Shown: one piece after another, positions 8,582 through 17,449 of the stretch
Position numbering within the stretch: the stretch's first letter is position 1
How the letters are laid out: each line of letters starts with the position of its first letter
Origin: an uncultured archaeon
Lineage (GTDB): Archaea > Asgardarchaeota > Heimdallarchaeia > Heimdallarchaeales > Heimdallarchaeaceae
Assembly (NCBI GenBank): GCA_964590855.1
Contig: CAZPXJ010000004.1
Coordinates: forward strand, 27,715 to 51,714
Direction of reading: 5' to 3'
Length of the DNA stretch: 24,000 nucleotides
Made by a program: the position numbers and the translations under genes
The notes under the pieces: generated by a model
Databases searched by the model: none
What the model saw: the letters and a program-made list of their open reading frames with translations, nothing else
Told to the model about the DNA's origin: nothing

Positions 8582-8608
8582 TAACAAGCTATAACAGGAG
8601 AATTAAGA

Positions 8609-9073
8609 TTGCCAAAATACAGATATTCCATTCAAACAGATCCTGATAGGTCAGCAAAGGCTTCAGCACGAGAAATAGATGTTAGTCGAAAAGCTGCACG
8701 AGAAATATGCAATACAATAAAAGGTATGACAATTCATCAGAGTATTGAGTATCTCGAGAATGTTATTGAGAAAAAACTTGCTGTCCCCTTTAAACGTCAT
8801 AAAAGAAATGTAGGACACAAAAGTACAACAATTGGTTGGGGTCCAGGAAGATATCCAGTTAAAGCTGCAAATGAAATTCTCAAAGTTGTAAAGAATCTTG
8901 AAAATAATGCTGAAACAAATCAATTGCAATTAGACAAGTGTAAGATTACTCATGCTGTAACTTTGCTAGGTTCAAAACAGCAAGGAATCTTCCATCGAGC
9001 TCAGGGAAGATCCACACCAAAGACAAGACAATTTGTTCATGTTGAGTTAGTAGCTGAAGTAGCTGAGATGTGA
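8609..9073 (+). CDS. rpl22: 50S ribosomal protein L22 (uL22), TTG start
   Basis: MPKYRYSIQTDPDRSAKASAREIDVSRKAAREICNTIKG...; upstream CAGGAG; ends TGATAA (tandem stops). Confidence 0.95.
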   Translation: MPKYRYSIQTDPDRSAKASAREIDVSRKAAREICNTIKGMTIHQSIEYLENVIEKKLAVPFKRHKRNVGHKSTTIGWGPGRYPVKAANEILKVVKNLENNAETNQLQLDKCKITHAVTLLGSKQQGIFHRAQGRSTPKTRQFVHVELVAEVAEM

Positions 9074-9077
9074 TAAT

Positions 9078-10091
9078 ATGCCTACTACAAAAGATTACTT
9101 AATTAAAAAATATCAAAGAAATGCTATAGATGAATATCTAGCAAAAGAACTAAAAAATGCAGAATACGGGGGAGTGGAATTACGACGAACACCACTTGGT
9201 GATCGTGTTATACTTCGAGTCGGGAGAGTGGGTTTAGCTATAGGTGGAAGAGGCAGAAATATTCACAGAATTACTGAAGCCTTACGTGAAAGCTATGGTC
9301 TCGACAATCCACAAATTGAGGTAACTGAAGTAGAAAACCCTGAAATTGATGCAAGAATTATGGCTTTTAGATTAGCTTCTTCTTTAGAACGAGGACGTCA
9401 TTTTAGAAGAAGTGCTCATGGTATTATCAGGCGTATTATAGCTAGTGGAGCTAAAGGTGTAGAAATTAAAATCAGCGGAAAAATAACTAGTCAAAGAGCA
9501 AGAGTAGAAACATTCAGAGCTGGATTTGTTGCAAAAGCAGGAGATCCTGCAGACACTTACGTAGATTTAGGTCAAGCTCAAGCTCTTATTCGAAGAGGAT
9601 TATTAGGGGTTCGAGTTAAGATAATGCGTGGCGATGCTATTCTTCCTGATGATATCTCAATCGAAGCAGAACCAACATCAACATCTATGATAGTTGATAC
9701 TGGTGCAGAAGAACCAGAAATCATAGAAGAAATTAGTGAAGAAGTTCTTGAAGAATTGGAAGAATATCCAGATATTGAAGAAGAATTAGACGAAATAGCA
9801 GAAGAGATTACCAAAGAAACCAAACCAAAAGTCAAAGCAAAGACTAAAGCTGAAGATGAACTGAAAGAACTAGATGAAGTTGATAAAGCAGCAAAAGCTA
9901 AACCAAAAGCTAAAGAAAAGAAAGCAGAGAAGAAAGAAGAAAAGGTAACGGAAGAAGTAAAAGAGACCAAAACCAAAGCTGCAAAAACAACTAAAACTAC
10001 TAAGGCTTCCAAAGAAGATAAGAAAGAGGATAAAAAAGAAGAAGCCAAAGAAACTAAATCAAAAGCAAAAGCCAAAGCAAAAGAGGAGTAA
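9078..10091 (+). CDS. rps3: 30S ribosomal protein S3 (uS3) with long charged C-terminal tail
   Basis: KH-type VGLAIGGRGRNIHRITEALRESYG and VRVKIMRGDAILPDD; Lys/Glu/Ala/Thr-rich tail of over 100 aa. Confidence 0.96.
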   Translation: MPTTKDYLIKKYQRNAIDEYLAKELKNAEYGGVELRRTPLGDRVILRVGRVGLAIGGRGRNIHRITEALRESYGLDNPQIEVTEVENPEIDARIMAFRLASSLERGRHFRRSAHGIIRRIIASGAKGVEIKISGKITSQRARVETFRAGFVAKAGDPADTYVDLGQAQALIRRGLLGVRVKIMRGDAILPDDISIEAEPTSTSMIVDTGAEEPEIIEEISEEVLEELEEYPDIEEELDEIAEEITKETKPKVKAKTKAEDELKELDEVDKAAKAKPKAKEKKAEKKEEKVTEEVKETKTKAAKTTKTTKASKEDKKEDKKEEAKETKSKAKAKAKEE

Positions 10092-10101
10092 GGTGTAAAA
10101 A

Positions 10102-10305
10102 ATGGCTATAATCAGAACTAGTGAAATAAGAAAAATGAATAAGGATCAAAGGTTTAGAAAATTGGAAGAATTCAAGAAAAAACTCTTTACAGTTCAATCC
10201 GAATTATCATCAGGGGGTTCCATTGAGAATCCAGGACAAATTCAAGAATATAAGAAAGCTATTGCTCGTCTTCAAACAATTATGACTGAATTAGATGAAC
10301 TTTAA
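10102..10305 (+). CDS. rpl29: 50S ribosomal protein L29 (uL29)
   Basis: MAIIRTSEIRKMNKDQRFRKLEEFKKKLFTVQSELSSGGSIENPGQIQEYKKAIARLQTIMTE. Confidence 0.95.
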   Translation: MAIIRTSEIRKMNKDQRFRKLEEFKKKLFTVQSELSSGGSIENPGQIQEYKKAIARLQTIMTELDEL

Positions 10306-10613
10306 TGTCTAAGACAAACAAGAGAGAGAGTAGAAAAGTTTCGGTTTGGAAAAACCTTACTAAATCTTTGATAGGTTTAAAGGTTTCCATCGCTAGAAGC
10401 TCTTCAAAAGACTGGGAGGGAATTAAAGGTATCATAAAAGATGAAACCTTCAATTTATTAGTAATAGAAACGGATAATAAGATCTTGTCAATTCCAAAAT
10501 CTAACCAAGTTTTTGAGCTAGAGATCGATGATGGTTCAAAAATACAAGTTGATGGTAAGCTCTTAGAAGGTAATCCAGAACATCGCATAAAGAAGAAGTT
10601 GAAGAACTGGTAA
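10305..10613 (+). CDS. rnp1: Ribonuclease P protein component 1 (Rpp29/Pop4 family)
   Basis: LIGLKVSIARSSSKDWEGIKGIIKDETFNLLVIETDNKILSIPKSNQVFEL...DGKLLEGNPEHRIKKKLKNW; canonical position after uL29; 1-nt TAATG overlap. Confidence 0.88.
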   Translation: MSKTNKRESRKVSVWKNLTKSLIGLKVSIARSSSKDWEGIKGIIKDETFNLLVIETDNKILSIPKSNQVFELEIDDGSKIQVDGKLLEGNPEHRIKKKLKNW

Positions 10614-10697
10614 ACTATATAATATATTAACACAAATGATTATTAGTTTAAATATTAAAAAAAAGAACATCTTATGCTACAGTGATTGTGTCTTCTC

Positions 10698-13172
10698 ATG
10701 AATCAACCAGAATACCTTAATCATCCATTAATTAAGCAAGATAAAGTAGAAGCTAGATTATATCAGCAAACTCTATTTGCTTCATGTATTAAGGAGAATT
10801 CTCTAGTTGTTTTACCTACAGGTCTTGGGAAAACCATATTATTTCTAATGATCACAGCACACCGTTTAGAGAAATTTCCTGAAGGAAAAATCGTATTTTG
10901 TGCTCCTACTAAACCTTTAATGGATCAACATGAGCGAACAATGAAAGAGTCATTGAACATTAATCCTGAAAGTATAGTTCAAGTTTCAGGTCAAATTGAT
11001 CCAAAGAAGAGAAAAGAAATATGGGATGGCGGTCAAGTATTTGTTTGTACCCCCCAAACTATTCAAAATGACATAATTCAAAGACGAATAAAACTTGAAG
11101 AAATCGTCTTTATGTGCCTTGATGAAGCACACAAAGCAGTAGGTGACCACAGTTATGTTTTCATTGCTGATCAGTATCACAAAAAAGCTCAAAATCCTCT
11201 TTTACTAGGTTTAACTGCAAGTCCGGGATCAAAAATTGAACGTATTGACGACGTTCAGAATAATCTCCATATCACCAATGTAGAAATGAGAGATGAAAGT
11301 TCCAACGATGTTAAACAATACATTCATGAAATTGAAGAGAACTGGGAGATAATCCCTCTTGCTGAGGAGTTCAGAGTAATAATTGATACTTTAAATAATT
11401 TGTTCAAACTTGTATTAGAAGGTTTGAAGGAATTAGAGATAATCAATTCAGCTCTACCAAGAAACAATCCTAGAAAGGAACTTCTGCAATTAAGAGGAAA
11501 AGTAAATAAAAAATTCAGCGACAGTTCAGAGGAAGATAGATCTGAATTCTTTAGAGCAATGTCCTTAGTTGGTAATTCAATTCGTTTATCTCATGCTATT
11601 GAGCTCATAGAAACCCAAGGAATCCCTTCACTTAGCAAATACCTTGAAGGTCAAATTAATGACATAAAATTTGGGAAAGGAAGTAGAGCCCTTAAGGATT
11701 TGATGTTTTCTGAGGAGATGCGACAAGTCGTTGAAACAGTACAAAAACTTCAAGAAGAAAAAGTAATTCACCCTAAAATTGAGAGGCTTAGAGAACTTAT
11801 TTCTGAAGAACTAAAAAACAACCCAAATAACAGAATTCTAGTTTTTGCACATTTTAGAGTAACAGCTAAAATGATCAGTGATGAACTTAACAAGGAAAAT
11901 ATTGTAAAAAGTCATTGGTTTGTTGGTCAAGCGACCAGCAAAGGTGACAAGGGATTATCTCAAAAGGAGCAAATAGAAATTATGCAAGAATTTCGTGATG
12001 GAACCTACAATGTATTAGTTTCAACCAGTGTAGCAGAAGAAGGATTAGACATAGGTGAGTGTGAACTTGTGATTTTCTATGATGCAGTTCCCAGTGCTAT
12101 ACGATTAATACAGAGAAAGGGAAGAACTGGGCGAAGAAAAGAGGGTAAGGTAATTATGCTGATTGCCGAAGGGACTAGGGATGAGGCTTACATGTGGGCC
12201 TCAAAAAGACAGGCTCAAAAAATGAAGAAATTGGTTAGGAAATTAGATCAAACTCTTGATACTAGAAAGCAACCCAAGAAAAAACAACAAAAGGGTATCG
12301 TGGACTTTCTTAAAGAAGCAGAAAAAGTTGTTGAAACAGTTGATTTGAAAGAAGAAACTGAATTAGAAGTAGAAGAAGTAGAAGAATCAAAGGAAATTGA
12401 ATTTGAAAAAGAGGAAGGAAAAATCAAGGTTATTTGCGATAGTAGAGAGAGAAATACTACCGTAATTAAGGAATTGATGAACAAAGGTGTAGAACTTGGT
12501 TTCGAAAGATTAGATTTAGGAGACTATATTTGTTCAGATCAAATAGTCGTTGAAAGAAAGACAGAAGATGATTTTGTGAAATCAATTATCGATAAGAGAC
12601 TATTTACCCAAGCAAAAGCTCTGGTTGAGAGTTGCGCTAAACCAGTAATGATTATTGAAGGTGATCTGAATATTTTTAGTTCATCACTTCACCCTCATGC
12701 AATTACTGGAGCATTAACATCTCTCGCTACAGACTTTAGATTGCCAATTATACATACAAGAAATCAAAAGGAAACTGCAGAGATTCTATTTTCACTTGCG
12801 AGAAGGGAACAAGAGGAAAGACAGAGGAGAATTAGTATAGGGAAACGAAAAGGGATGGGTCTCAAAATACAGATGGAAGAAACCATTGCTTCACTTCCAC
12901 ATATTGATCATAAGATTTCTAATAGACTGCTGAAGCATTTTGGTTCCATCAAGAATGTAATGACCGCAAATCGAGAGGATTTCTTTGAGGTTAGAGGGAT
13001 AGGTGAAAAAATCGCCAATGACATTATTGATTACATCTATAGCAACTATAATGAAATAGAAACGGGTGAAGAAGCTCGAACTATGAAAGAAGACCTCGAT
13101 TTCTTGAGAAAAGATAAGAAAGACAAAACTTCTAAGAAGTCAACGAACGGAGAGAGTCAACAAGAGAACTAA
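10698..13172 (+). CDS. hef: Hef-like fused SF2 helicase plus XPF/ERCC4 nuclease with HhH
   Basis: LPTGLGKT (motif I), LDEAHKA (motif II), QRKGRTGRRKEG (motif VI), ICDSRERN...LGDYICSDQIVVERKTEDDF (ERCC4 nuclease), then tandem HhH (HFGSIKNVMTANREDFFEVRGIGEKIA). ATG at 10698 preferred over the TTG at 10686. Confidence 0.93.
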   Translation: MNQPEYLNHPLIKQDKVEARLYQQTLFASCIKENSLVVLPTGLGKTILFLMITAHRLEKFPEGKIVFCAPTKPLMDQHERTMKESLNINPESIVQVSGQIDPKKRKEIWDGGQVFVCTPQTIQNDIIQRRIKLEEIVFMCLDEAHKAVGDHSYVFIADQYHKKAQNPLLLGLTASPGSKIERIDDVQNNLHITNVEMRDESSNDVKQYIHEIEENWEIIPLAEEFRVIIDTLNNLFKLVLEGLKELEIINSALPRNNPRKELLQLRGKVNKKFSDSSEEDRSEFFRAMSLVGNSIRLSHAIELIETQGIPSLSKYLEGQINDIKFGKGSRALKDLMFSEEMRQVVETVQKLQEEKVIHPKIERLRELISEELKNNPNNRILVFAHFRVTAKMISDELNKENIVKSHWFVGQATSKGDKGLSQKEQIEIMQEFRDGTYNVLVSTSVAEEGLDIGECELVIFYDAVPSAIRLIQRKGRTGRRKEGKVIMLIAEGTRDEAYMWASKRQAQKMKKLVRKLDQTLDTRKQPKKKQQKGIVDFLKEAEKVVETVDLKEETELEVEEVEESKEIEFEKEEGKIKVICDSRERNTTVIKELMNKGVELGFERLDLGDYICSDQIVVERKTEDDFVKSIIDKRLFTQAKALVESCAKPVMIIEGDLNIFSSSLHPHAITGALTSLATDFRLPIIHTRNQKETAEILFSLARREQEERQRRISIGKRKGMGLKIQMEETIASLPHIDHKISNRLLKHFGSIKNVMTANREDFFEVRGIGEKIANDIIDYIYSNYNEIETGEEARTMKEDLDFLRKDKKDKTSKKSTNGESQQEN

Positions 13173-13557
13173 TAGATGAAGATATATCTACTATTTCTTT
13201 TGGATCATTAGTTTCTTTCAATTTTGTATTGAGTTCAGATATTTTACCTAGCATTATTTTTGCTGAATCAACTAGTGCAGGAGGAAGAGAGCTAAAATCA
13301 AAAGAAGATACAGATTTTGGTAAAGAACTAGATGGAGTTTGATTATTCTGTACTACTTGGGATTTCTCATGGGGAAAATCAGAAACTGAATCAACCATGA
13401 CATACTGTTTTTTACAATGGACACATACAACTTTACCATCTTTTTCATACAAAGGTTCAACACAATCAGGGCAAGCTTTGTTAAGCATCTTCCACCCTTT
13501 TAGTAGTAAATCCGCACCTGCTTTGATGGAAGCATCGGAATCGGTTGATTTATTCAT
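13132..13557 (-). CDS. Sjogren's syndrome/scleroderma autoantigen 1 (p27) family zinc protein
   Basis: SIKAGADLLLKGWKMLNKACPDCVEPLYEKDGKVVCVHCKKQYV: GA-x-LLLKGWKML and CPxC..CxxC signature; overlaps the hef 3' end by 41 bp tail to tail. Confidence 0.85.
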   Translation of the reverse strand: MNKSTDSDASIKAGADLLLKGWKMLNKACPDCVEPLYEKDGKVVCVHCKKQYVMVDSVSDFPHEKSQVVQNNQTPSSSLPKSVSSFDFSSLPPALVDSAKIMLGKISELNTKLKETNDPKEIVDISSSISSLVDSLRSLTS

Positions 13558-13671
13558 AAGAGAAATGAGTAAGTTGAGTATAAAATCTTAATTGTCCATT
13601 ATACTCATCTGGCAAATACGTAAGTAATACATCTTATCTTATGTAAAATCAAGTTTGGGAGCTAAAGTATA

Positions 13672-13893
13672 ATGGTTATTCGTATGCCTAAAGAGTCAGA
13701 AAGAACACTAGAATCAATACCCAAAATTGAGATCAACGTAGATAGTAGAAATAAGGTGTTGAGATTTCAAGATATATTAGAAGAAAAACCAAGAGTGAGT
13801 GTAAAAGAAATTGAGGGAATGGATAGATTGATTCGAATGTTGAAAAATGAAAAGAAATCACCCTTCTATGCAGCAAAGGACAATAGCAAGTAA
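13672..13893 (+). CDS. Small hypothetical protein (73 aa)
   Basis: Open frame with charged, non-repetitive composition MVIRMPKESERTLESIPKIEINVDSRNKVLRFQDILEEKPRVSVKEIEGMDRLIRMLKNEKKSPFYAAKDNSK; no clear RBS. Confidence 0.45.
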   Translation: MVIRMPKESERTLESIPKIEINVDSRNKVLRFQDILEEKPRVSVKEIEGMDRLIRMLKNEKKSPFYAAKDNSK

Positions 13894-13993
13894 ATTCTTA
13901 TCGATATTTCTTAGTAAAAAACAAAAAGCTTGCTATAGATTTTCCAAGTATAGTTATTTTAATCTCTTATTATTTTAGAAATGTAAGAAAACA

Positions 13994-14002
13994 TTTTTAA
14001 AA
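13994..14002 (+). promoter_or_regulatory. Probable archaeal TATA box for the tRNA gene
   Basis: TTTTTAAAA about 31-39 bp before the tRNA 5' end. Confidence 0.45.
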
Positions 14003-14032
14003 GTAATAAATTAGGATGAATGCAGTAAGAAT

Positions 14033-14110
14033 GGGGCATTAGCTCAGCTTGGTTAGAGCACTCGGCTGATAACCGGGGGGTCGACAGTTCAAATCTGTTA
14101 TGCCCCACCA
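14033..14110 (+). tRNA. tRNA-Ile (anticodon GAU), intronless, CCA encoded
   Basis: Cloverleaf: GGGGCAT/ATGCCCC acceptor; CTCGG-CTGATAA-CCGGG anticodon arm; GACAG-TTCAAAT-CTGTT T arm; ends ACCA. Confidence 0.95.
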
Positions 14111-14138
14111 TTCTCCCAATTTTCTTTTCGTTTATTAT

Positions 14139-14897
14139 TCATAATTGAAATTCTGCTGGATCTGGTTCTACAAAAGTTCTGAAATGTTTTGGCCTATACA
14201 CGTAGGATGCATATATTGGTATTCCTCTCTTAACAGTTTTCCATTTATTTTGAGGTTCGCCTAATCTTAAGTTAGGTATTTCCTCATATTTCTCATTAAA
14301 TTCCCATCTTCCGTCTTCCAATCTTTTGTAGCATGTACCTTTTGTTCTTTCAAATTCCTCTGTAATTTCTTTTGCCTCATCTGCTCTTATCCTAGCTATA
14401 ATTGTTCTCTTATCGCTTGGATTTATTATTGAAACGCCATATACAGGAGGAATTATGATTGCATCAAATTTCTGAGCCCTTATCATGATAACGTCTTTTA
14501 CTTGTTCATGTTTTTCGCCAGGTTGTTGTAATAGAATTTCTGCATATCCATCTACAACTTGGTAGATTTCAGGATAAGTATAACCATTATCTGCTAAGGA
14601 TCTATAATATCCACCAGTACTCTTATAGCTATCACCCAATTTACCAGCTTGAACTATTACAACATCAAACCGGATATCACCCCACAGTTCTTTATCCACT
14701 ATCCGTTTAATTCCCTCATATACTCTAAATACTTCTTCTTCCTCACTCTTACCTTCCCATTCTTGATGACCTAAATTTGATTCTAAGTCTTTCACTTTGT
14801 AAACTAATAGGTTCTCCACACTAATTTCGTTGTTATCATAAATGAGCGCTACTTCATCACTCTCTACAGCCAACCCAAGACTTTCCCTTAAATCCAT
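14139..14897 (-). CDS. Cupin-like protein resembling archaeal glucose-6-phosphate isomerase family, metal ligands apparently lost
   Basis: GGYYRSLADNGYTYPEIYQVVDGYAEILLQQ...FDAIIIPPVYGVSIINPSDKRTIIARI matches the PGI-cupin layout, but the HxH and later H are not present. Confidence 0.55.
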   Translation of the reverse strand: MDLRESLGLAVESDEVALIYDNNEISVENLLVYKVKDLESNLGHQEWEGKSEEEEVFRVYEGIKRIVDKELWGDIRFDVVIVQAGKLGDSYKSTGGYYRSLADNGYTYPEIYQVVDGYAEILLQQPGEKHEQVKDVIMIRAQKFDAIIIPPVYGVSIINPSDKRTIIARIRADEAKEITEEFERTKGTCYKRLEDGRWEFNEKYEEIPNLRLGEPQNKWKTVKRGIPIYASYVYRPKHFRTFVEPDPAEFQL

Positions 14898-14921
14898 CTA
14901 TCTCTTCTCATTTAATTTCAT

Positions 14922-15290
14922 TTACAGACTATAGAAATGATCTTCACCATCTTCGGTTATTTTCCAACTATCCAATGACCCAACTTGGAATTTTTTGAGA
15001 AATTCCTTCTCTGTTAGCTCATCTAAAACTTCCATAATCATTTCATGTTCAGCTTTTTCACCTCTGGGAGAGTATAAATTATTTACTTGAAAGGTTATAT
15101 CAGAGATGTTTAACCCCCTATTCAAAGACACGAAAATATCCAATAAGTCTACTTTGACCTGTTCTTTAGTTACCATACTAATCAACATAATATTATCTAA
15201 ATCTTCTAAAAATTTTTCTCTGAATTTCAAAAAATCGTCTATCCAAAAAGATAATAAGAATTCCCCTTTTGATATCTCAATCAAAATCAT
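14922..15290 (-). CDS. Hypothetical protein (122 aa), possible winged-helix C-terminal part
   Basis: Co-directional and tightly spaced (24 bp) with the cupin-like gene; LNISDITFQVNNLYSPRGEKAEHEMIMEVLDELTEKEFLKKFQVGSLDSWKITEDGEDHFYSL looks wHTH-like. Confidence 0.6.
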   Translation of the reverse strand: MILIEISKGEFLLSFWIDDFLKFREKFLEDLDNIMLISMVTKEQVKVDLLDIFVSLNRGLNISDITFQVNNLYSPRGEKAEHEMIMEVLDELTEKEFLKKFQVGSLDSWKITEDGEDHFYSL

Positions 15291-15337
15291 CAGTTAACTG
15301 GAGATTTTCACTGTATCTTGTATCTGAGGAGAATAAA

Positions 15338-16606
15338 ATGACACAACAAGAAGAGAAGAAAAGAACATCTGTTGAAAGATATATGTTGAAACACGAAATA
15401 GAGAAACTAGAAGCCAGAAGAAGTTTCAATATGTCTACAAGTTTAATCTCCTTATACATTCCACCAGGTACAAGAATTCCAGATATTACATCACAGCTAA
15501 AAAATGAATATGGTACTGCCACAAATATCAAAGATAAAAGCACAGGTAAGGCAATACAAACTGCCATATCATCAATATTATCTAGGATGAAGAATATCCA
15601 GAATGCTGGTGAAAATGGTTTAGTTATTTTCTGTGGAATAACTCAGAATAACAAAACAGAGTATTTTGCTATTGAACCTCCAGAACCAGTTGGTATTAAG
15701 CTATATCGTTGTGATCATATTTTCCTTGTTGACCACTTAAAGGAGATTTTAGAAACCAAAAAACGTTATGGATTAGTAATTGTAGCAAGGGGGGGTTCTA
15801 CAATTGCATCTGTTCAAGGCACAAAAGTTGACATCCACTGGGATGAAGATTCACATGTTCCAGGGAAACATAGAATGGGTGGTCAATCAGCTGCACGTTT
15901 TCAAAGAGCTACAGATGAAGCAGCAAAGGCATGGTACGCTAAAACGGCTATCAAGATGAACGAAATATACTTGGAAAATAATCCTGTCGAAGCTATAATT
16001 GTAGGTGGTCCTGCTCTTTCCAGATCAAGATTTTTGGACAATAAAGAAGTTGACTTTCGTTTGCAAGATAAGGTCATTGGAGTATACGATGTTGGATATG
16101 AAGGATTACAAGGTATTAGGGAATTGTTAGAAAAAGCAGAAGATAAATTAGGAGATTTTGAGATTATAAGTGAAAAGAAATTGATGCAGAGTTTTATGGA
16201 ACATTTGGGAAAAGACTCAGGATTAGCTACTTATGGAGAAAAATTCGTTAGAGAAGCTTTAGAAAAAGGTGCTGTTGAAACTTTACTTGTTAGTGAAGAC
16301 GTTGACCGCATTAGACTTGAAATTAAGTGTGACAACTGTGATTATACAACTGAAGAATCCGTCAAAGCAACAAACTACAATGAGTTTATTAAGAATCTTT
16401 CAGAAAGAAATTGTCCCGAATGCAGTAATTCTAGAATGTATATTGAGAGTGAAATGGATTTGATTACTGAATTAAACGAACTTGCAGAAAAATCCGATAC
16501 TACTCTTGAAGTAATATCATCAGACCATGATGATGGAGCTATGCTCTATAATACATTTGGAGGAATCGCAGCAATTTTGCGTTACAAGTTTTATGATGGG
16601 TATTAG
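15338..16606 (+). CDS. prf1: Peptide chain release factor aRF1 (eRF1 family)
   Basis: EYGTATNIKDKSTG, YRCDHIF (YxCxxxF), GGQSAARFQR (GGQ), C-terminal CDNC/CPEC. ATG at 15338 preceded by GAGGAG. Confidence 0.95.
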   Translation: MTQQEEKKRTSVERYMLKHEIEKLEARRSFNMSTSLISLYIPPGTRIPDITSQLKNEYGTATNIKDKSTGKAIQTAISSILSRMKNIQNAGENGLVIFCGITQNNKTEYFAIEPPEPVGIKLYRCDHIFLVDHLKEILETKKRYGLVIVARGGSTIASVQGTKVDIHWDEDSHVPGKHRMGGQSAARFQRATDEAAKAWYAKTAIKMNEIYLENNPVEAIIVGGPALSRSRFLDNKEVDFRLQDKVIGVYDVGYEGLQGIRELLEKAEDKLGDFEIISEKKLMQSFMEHLGKDSGLATYGEKFVREALEKGAVETLLVSEDVDRIRLEIKCDNCDYTTEESVKATNYNEFIKNLSERNCPECSNSRMYIESEMDLITELNELAEKSDTTLEVISSDHDDGAMLYNTFGGIAAILRYKFYDGY

Positions 16607-16618
16607 AAAGAAAAAAGA

Positions 16619-17308
16619 TTAGTCAGTCACTAATGTTCCTACTGGTTCGCCTTTTATTGCTTTGTAAATATTAGCTGGATCATGACCGTTTGCAAATACT
16701 ACTTTTAATCTAGATCTTTTAATTATTTCACAACCTACTTTGTCGAACAATGCATACTTTCCTGGTTCCTCTTCCTGTTTTGAGATTATATGTAGAAATT
16801 CTTCAGGAGTAATTTTATCTAATTCTTTAGCATCTGGAAACTTCTTTGGATCTTTATCAAACACCTTATCCACGTTTGTGAGATTGATTAGTAAATCAGC
16901 GCCCCAGTATTCTGCAACAAGAGCTGCAACTGCACTAGTTGACTGTCCTGGTTGTAATCCTCCAGTGACTACAATTTTATCAGTTGAAAGCGCTCTTCCT
17001 ACATCTTCAAAAGATCTGGGAACTAGTAAGTAAGCTTTATTCTTTAATGAAGCTATAACTAGTAGTGCATGAATTCTAGTAGATTCAACTGCAAGTATGT
17101 CTTTCATTGTAGCAGTATGACCAAGAACATGACTTGCTTGAATGATAACTCTAGCTAATTTTCCACCACCAACAACTATAGCTACCTTATAACCATCCTC
17201 GTGAAGTTTTACAATAGTATCAACTATAGACTGAATACTATCGATATTCAAATCCATATTATCTTTGTACAAAACTGATCCACCAAATTTTATTACAATC
17301 TTCTTCAT
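16619..17308 (-). CDS. pyrH: Uridylate kinase (UMP kinase), archaeal type
   Basis: MKKIVIKFGGSVL...AIVVGGGKLAR...VVTGGLQPGQSTSAVAALVAEYWGADLLINLTNVDKVFDKDPKKFPDA: amino-acid kinase fold, archaeal UMPK pattern. Confidence 0.9.
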   Translation of the reverse strand: MKKIVIKFGGSVLYKDNMDLNIDSIQSIVDTIVKLHEDGYKVAIVVGGGKLARVIIQASHVLGHTATMKDILAVESTRIHALLVIASLKNKAYLLVPRSFEDVGRALSTDKIVVTGGLQPGQSTSAVAALVAEYWGADLLINLTNVDKVFDKDPKKFPDAKELDKITPEEFLHIISKQEEEPGKYALFDKVGCEIIKRSRLKVVFANGHDPANIYKAIKGEPVGTLVTD

Positions 17309-17449
17309 ATCTATCGCTTAAACCTACTTTGTAACTATGATAAATAATGTTTTTTCTCGATAATACTATTTTCTGGAAAAAATACTACAAAAATGAGAAC
17401 CTTTTTTAAGTAAATTTCAAAGTTGCAAACATAATAAAGAGGATTTCAA

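Noticed and set aside
8663-8929. 88-aa minus-strand ORF inside uL22, and 10280-10633 (117 aa) across rnp1
   Set aside because: Fully antisense to confident conserved genes without convincing protein composition.
9578-10075. 165-aa minus-strand ORF antisense to the uS3 tail
   Set aside because: Low-complexity Ser/Val/Ala-rich mirror of the Lys/Glu-rich uS3 tail coding sequence; no independent coding signal.
14033-14110. tRNA-Ile as an integration site for a mobile element
   Set aside because: No integrase gene or duplicate of the tRNA 3' end was seen nearby, and neighbours look like ordinary genes.
15338-16606. Possible stop codon reassignment suggested by NIKD
   Set aside because: Conserved genes terminate at expected positions with all three stop codons, so there is no sign of reassignment in this window.
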